In this document: one piece after another, positions 54,286 to 64,000 of the stretch
Numbering within the stretch: position 1 is the first letter of the stretch
Layout: each line of letters begins with the position of its first letter
From: Magallana gigas
Taxonomy: Eukaryota
DNA length: 64,000 nucleotides
Reading direction: 5' to 3'
Assembly: GCF_963853765.1 (NCBI RefSeq)
Contig: NC_088857.1
Span: forward strand, 31,868,001 to 31,932,000
Position numbers and translations under genes: made by a program
Notes under the pieces: model-generated
Seen by the model: only the letters and a program-made list of their open reading frames with translations
Database searches by the model: none
Told to the model about the DNA's origin: nothing

Positions 54286-55174
54286 TTAAATCTTCTGTTA
54301 ATTTTCATTATGAAGACCAGGTTCAATCAAACAGCTTCAAACGTGTTTTTAAAGCATACTCGTCAACTATACCACACATGATACCGGCGAGGTTAATTGA
54401 TGTTATATGTACATGTATGTCATTGAATTAACCGGTAAGCCACTTGAAGCCATGCATGTTATTGTGTTGTTCCAATTCAATCAAAGATATAAAAGATGTT
54501 TATTGCGCAATCTAATTAAAAATGAAACTAGACTTGTAAATTCGCTTCTCTTCGATACAAAAATCTTGCAAGTCTAAATTAGATTATCATCAAAATGTGC
54601 GCTATATCTCTTCATGGGAGGCAGTTGCAGTTTGCCTATGAGCAGACCAAAACAATATGCTATATAAGCGTTCAATGTTTAAACTGACGCAACTCGTGTT
54701 TCTTAAAAATCGGAAACGTTTCCATTACTTAACTATCAACGAAATAGTTGCAGGTCCATGCGCGGAACCAGAAAATTTTTCAAGGGGGGTCCAAAGGACA
54801 ATTTGTTTGCCGGGAGGGGGCTAAGGCCTATTTCTTTTAATTTTACTACGTGAATTTAGTAAGTTTGAATTTTTCAGAGGAGGGTTGAACTCACTTCCCC
54901 GTCTAGTTTTGTGGCTCTACGGGAAAAATCAGATTGAATTGCCATAGAGCTAGTTCCTCCTATTCTTAAAACTATACAATTTATGGCACACAAATATGGT
55001 ATTTATATTGTGCTCATTTATTTTTTGTTGCTTTTATCAATATGCATATTAGTTTTATTATATACATTTGTTGCTTAAAATTCGCATTTACAACCCATTT
55101 CTTCTTCCTCCTCAAATAATGAAAAAAATAACAAAACTCTGAGTGAAGTGTCAATTTACAATTTAATGACCAGA

Positions 55175-59099
<3,925 letters not shown>

Positions 59100-59121
59100 T
59101 TCGAACCACTCGGTTTAGTTG

Positions 59122-59140
59122 CCGGAAGTAAAAGGAGGCA
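59122..59140 (-). promoter_or_regulatory. TCT/5'TOP-type start of RPS16
   Basis: Minus strand GCCTCCTTTTACTTCCGG, a pyrimidine tract ~25-40 nt upstream of the ATG, typical of ribosomal-protein genes. Confidence 0.75.
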
Positions 59141-60299
59141 GCGAGGTTAGCAGTGCATTGTGGGAAATTGGTCGACTGTACGTAAAGTTATTCGTGTATA
59201 GGCTAGAGTATGAGAGACGAAATAGAAGTACGATAGATATTTATTTACAACTGTGGAAACTTGATATTCTCAAAATACTAAAAAAGAAATTGTAGTGTTT
59301 GGTACAAATTTTAAATGCAGCAAGTTCAAAAAGATACAGCAAGATATTTAGACTTGATTTTTTTTTTTACCAATTCCCTATTTAAAAATGAAGAAAATCG
59401 CTCAGTTAATGCGAGACGATATAAAAAACAACAATGACATTTCACAAAAGAATTTGCGATGTTTAATATTCTTAATTGATGTTCATTACATAATTATGTC
59501 ACACTTTTAAACACACCTGTACCTGGATCTCAGATGGAATATTAAACTAAAAACTAATATACCTAGGCTTCTTAAATCCATATTCACTGTATATATACTA
59601 ACTACTACTTATGTATATATTATGAATGAAATACTTCTTAATCAAACTAATTTATACACACGATCAACCATTTTTAAGTACATTGATATGTATGCCCCCC
59701 CCCCCCTCAAATTTGCACACTTGGAGCATTTATAAATTTAATTTGTCTGTAAAATCGCTCATATTACAGGTTTACTGATAGGATGTATGTCCATTTGGTT
59801 TGATAAAATCTTTAAAAAATATTCAAAATACACGTATAGTTTAAAACTGTTCTTTCTGTAAACAAAGCTCGTCTTGTTTACATATGTTTTGTATTGAATA
59901 AGTTTCTCGCTTAATTTGTAATTCAATATTAGACTTTCAACCCTTTCTTTTAGCACAACAAAATAAAAAAGAAAATCGCAATCATCGTAAAAATATATAT
60001 GAAAAAAAAGACATTTGGAAGGAAGAAATCAATACGCTGTAGTTAAGCTTACTGTTTTCTGAATTTGATATGGCAAAGTGTAAATTATACCAGGAATATA
60101 TTCATAGGTGTTTGAAAAAAAAAAAACCAGGGACCAGCGCTTGTATTACACGCCTATTACCAAGACTATGAACACTAGATCTTACACCTACCCTACCTGT
60201 CGCACAGGTGAAATATTGATCTAGCAGCCAACTCTGAACAGCTGTCGCGAGAGAAAAACCATTCTTTGAACGCGATAATAGTGCGCCATCAGATCTGCT

Positions 60300-60469
60300 C
60301 CGAGTTTAACGGTGGATTTACGGGGAGAAATCTTTTAGGTTTTGTCTCTTTTTTTCCGTGTCCACCCCGGGGGTTACCTATGATAAAGCTGTCCTTCAAC
60401 TGCCCCCCTCCGTAGAGATTTCGGAAGACGCTTTTCATCTATTCCGCTCTTCGTTATATTTACGTCAAG
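60300..60469 (+). other. Possible non-coding first exon of a divergently oriented neighbouring gene
   Basis: GC-richer island ending in a consensus donor CAAG|GTAAGT at 60470; no downstream coding exon identified. Confidence 0.25.
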
Positions 60470-60909
60470 GTAAGTGATTAGAACAATAAATTTCAAAGTA
60501 AAATCTAAATCGATATTATATAAACGCTATTGTTATCAGTGTGATAGGGAGAGGCTTAATGCAGAATACTGGAGACTGGTATTCTCGGTTTTCTTCGTTA
60601 GAAATTATCTCTGCTCATAGCCATGGATACCATCATTATATTGAAAAATATGTGGAAAAAGAGATATTATTTCCGCTACATTTATCAATGTGGTTTAAAA
60701 AATACAGTTCAGTAACATGTGCTAAAGTGCGATATCTAATTTATTCCTTCTGTTTCCTGATTATTATTTTTTTGTAACATTGAACAGCTCTAAAATGGTG
60801 ATTTTAACCTTTTAATAAATTCTGATTTTAACACGGATTAGGAATTTCATGATTTTGGAGGGAAAAATTTTGGTAGGGAAGAATTTTTTTTTGGAAGTAT
60901 AGTTGAGTC

Positions 60910-61047
60910 TACCCCCCCCCCCCCCCCCCCCCCCACGGATTAGGATTTTGAAGATTTTTGGAAAACTTTAAATTTCCCTTTTTTGCTTGTCAAGATTTTT
61001 TGGATGGGTCTGGCCCCCCCACTTTCAAAAACGATGCTACGTGCCTG
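60910..61047 (-). mobile_element. G/C-tract repeat family copy
   Basis: Ends CTTTCAAAAACGATGCTACGTGCCTG, the reverse complement of the start at 1686. Confidence 0.7.
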
Positions 61048-64000
61048 AAAAGACAAATATTTACATGGAAAATTAAAATATATTTCAATAAATAAATACA
61101 CGGTTACTATCATTGCAGGCATGATGTATCGCATTTATACCCCCCCCCCCCCCTCAACCGTTAAAAACGATTATCATCCCCGCCCCCCAAAGATATTACA
61201 AAACACTGGTCTGGTCTGTTACAGTTAGGCCAGTATGTACAATGTAAATAGGTGTAGATAAATATCTGATCTCATTAAATGAATACCTGTATACAGTGAC
61301 ATCTAAATGCTAGCAGCAAAACTACAACCCAGCTGATAATTAGCAGTGAAGATGCAGACGAAAAGGTGGTATTTTCGTAATGGTATTGATCAAAACAACT
61401 TTATTAACGGATATGACTGTGCTTCCCTTTATTTAATAACTGAAGTTCACATTACAAACGTTTCAAATATTGCACCGCTCTCAAAATAAAGGGGGTGAAA
61501 ATTAAGAAAGGCTTCCTATAAATGGGCGAGAGCTGCATTCAAAATCTTTGATGGGTATACAGAAAATATTCTCGTTGGCATATATATGGGTACAACAAAT
61601 ACAAAAATGGACCCCTCCTCCGCCAATTTCTACGACGCTGTAAGGTAGAATCCTTTGATTCGTTTTGAACATGCATTTGCTAGATCCAATGGAAATTCAA
61701 AGTGTGGGGGGGGGGGGGGGGTCTAGATTCTTACACAAATCTTCATGAGGGTGATGGTAATGGTACAACTGCATACGGTATTCGATAAGTTTGACGTGTG
61801 TGCCTTGGAACAACATTTTATATAACAATGCCTTTAATGCTATAACTAGCGATGTCGCAATTTTTACGGATATAAAATCATTCTCTTACCACATGTTAAA
61901 TGACAGCCAAAAACCCAACGCAACTTATGCAATCAGGCAACAACAAAAAATAACGAAATGATGAGATAAAACTAATTTGTCATTCAGAATAATATTTTGT
62001 GAAATGTAGGAGATGCATGCCTTCATTTTACTAGCTTTATATCTGATTAAAAAAGAGACTTGATATATTAATTGATTGTATTTTTTTAGTCCAGTAAAAG
62101 AGTTAATGCTTTACCATTTACCGGGTTATTTTCGGCCCATGTTTGATTTTCGCCTTTCTACATTTGCACAAGATTTCGCCCCGTCTTGAATTCATCAGAC
62201 ATAAACACTGTTTTTTAATTAATACAGTTAAATATATTTTAAACTGATCCACTAACAACCAAGGTTAAAGAAGCGAAAATAAAACAGGGGCGAAAATTTT
62301 CATCCAGTATCAAAGATTTATAATAACTTATATTAATTACTACAATTATTGTATATTACATATACACTGCCGCACCTCTTCGCGGTTTGTAGCTTAAACT
62401 CCTGTCACAAGGGGGGCTGCGTTCTTAGGTCCTGTTGCCTCCATGAAAAATGCAAAACTGTAAATTGAGCGCAGTATATAGAGTCTCCTACAGCGGCGCA
62501 GCAACGCAGCGGCATCTTCATTTGACGCGGTAGGGTCACTCAGAAGCGTACTTTGAGCACATGCACAAACTACGCGCCTTGGGTCTGCGTTCTGCTTAGC
62601 ATGCAGTACATGTACGTGTAGAAACGACCTCTTGGAGTCCTTTGGAATGTCACTGCGTCACAAGAATGTCTTGGGCACGCATTCAACGCATTAAACACGC
62701 AGTGAACGCGAGATGGAATTTCTGCAAGCACGTCATGGGCAGTCAGCAAGAGCGCAGCCAGGAATGCAGTCAATCCGCTGAAACGCCTCAATCGCATTCT
62801 TGAAAGAGATATTTTATATAAACAAGTATATATTTTAGTTTCATGGGTTAGCTTGATATGTTTAAAAATAAACCAAATATATAGGTGCACTTTTCATTAG
62901 CTAATGTATTGTTCTCATCACAAATGATTACCCACAATGCCACACTAATGAAGGCCATATAAAGTACTGCACTTAGCTCCTGATAAATACAGACCATCAT
63001 CCCAAAAAGATATATGGCGTGATTTTTTCCCTCTTAATCTGGTGTGTCAGTAATCCCGTCCTTAACACGACAGTTGACGATTTTTTGTCGCACGTTAAAC
63101 CAGAAGTGACCTACTGAAAAACAACTTCAATCAAGTTCACATAGAAATGTGTATGAATTTCACATGTTTTTCTAGTAATTTCACACATTCACTTTGATTA
63201 ATCTGGTACATCATTCATGCATTTGCTTGTAATGTAGAAACTGTAACATACGATTTCAGCCTAAGGACTATTTGGTGAAATAACATGCATTTAAGGTCGT
63301 CTTCAGACCTTTTGATTTCTGAACAGTCATAATGCCTGCATTAGAACCATTTTAACAAGAGCTTGGATATTGGGTAGTTATGTTAAACAGCAATGTGACG
63401 TAGGCCTGTCTATTTCAATGTCAGCCACTCAGCCACGGCTCTCTGAAATCAACAAGATTTGTCTGGCTTTTGAGCGAAGACTACGCAATCGGTGCATATT
63501 TCGTTTGAAACCGCGTCATTTTTAACTTGTTTTGACGCAAGAAATAGATAGCTACTCCTTACTGAAAGTCCAAGGCCTTGTTAAAATGGTTCTTATTAGA
63601 AGGTATGGCATTTTCTTACAGATTCCGCTAACTTTCGTTACTTTTGATTTTAACCATTATAGATGCAACGTTTCGTTAACGAAGTGTTTGTATTAACTTT
63701 ATTTTCCTTCAGTCGCTTTCATGTAGTAATAATCAATTATTGCCGACGTCTTAATAAACATTTCATATATAATGATATATTTTCAAAATTGAAATTTTTA
63801 TTTAAAAAAAAAACCCAGTCGAAATTATGAGATAAATCTAATTAACGGCGTGTGTATATTTGCAGAAGGAGCTTGTTCAATGTAGACGTAATTTGTTTTC
63901 GTTTTCAAATGACAAGATTTTCGCACTGAGAGTTTTTACTTCATGCAGTAAATCAAAGAGCGTATTTGTCAACATTATCAACAAAACAAAGATTTTAAGA

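Noticed and set aside
61505-61645. Open stretch RKASYKWARAAFKIFDGYTENILVG...NFYDAV with a possible donor
   Set aside because: No recognisable homology, weak acceptor and no partner exons.
62360-62890. GC-richer region and 106-aa minus-strand ORF
   Set aside because: Reiterated CGCAG/AACGC motifs suggest a repeat remnant; no protein family recognised.

Overview
AT-rich animal genomic DNA with spliceosomal GT-AG introns. It is most likely a bivalve, probably an oyster (inferred from the repeat families and the intronless nAChR-like genes). Gene order: LITAF-domain gene (+), M13/neprilysin-like gene A (+), intronless Cys-loop channel A (+), a 12.5-kb TIR element, M13 pseudogene B (+), Cys-loop channel B (+), M13 gene C (+), RPS16 (-). 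The middle of the window is a threefold tandem segmental duplication whose breakpoints appear to lie in M13 intron 1 and the last RPS16 intron. Highlights: (1) both intact M13 proteins have HHLVH instead of HExxH and lack other catalytic residues, yet show purifying selection, so they look like conserved pseudo-peptidases; (2) the two ~95% identical channel paralogues differ at two pore-lining M2 positions (E-1'K, T6'K), which predicts different ion selectivity; (3) one RPS16 intron carries three SNORD48-like C/D snoRNAs with two antisense elements to adjacent 28S segments; (4) an unclassified 12,456-bp element has ~260-bp TIRs, a TAAT target duplication and an empty site in the paralogous unit; (5) there are gene-conversion tracts between paralogues. 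All gene models, alignments and counts were made by hand; no database search was possible.
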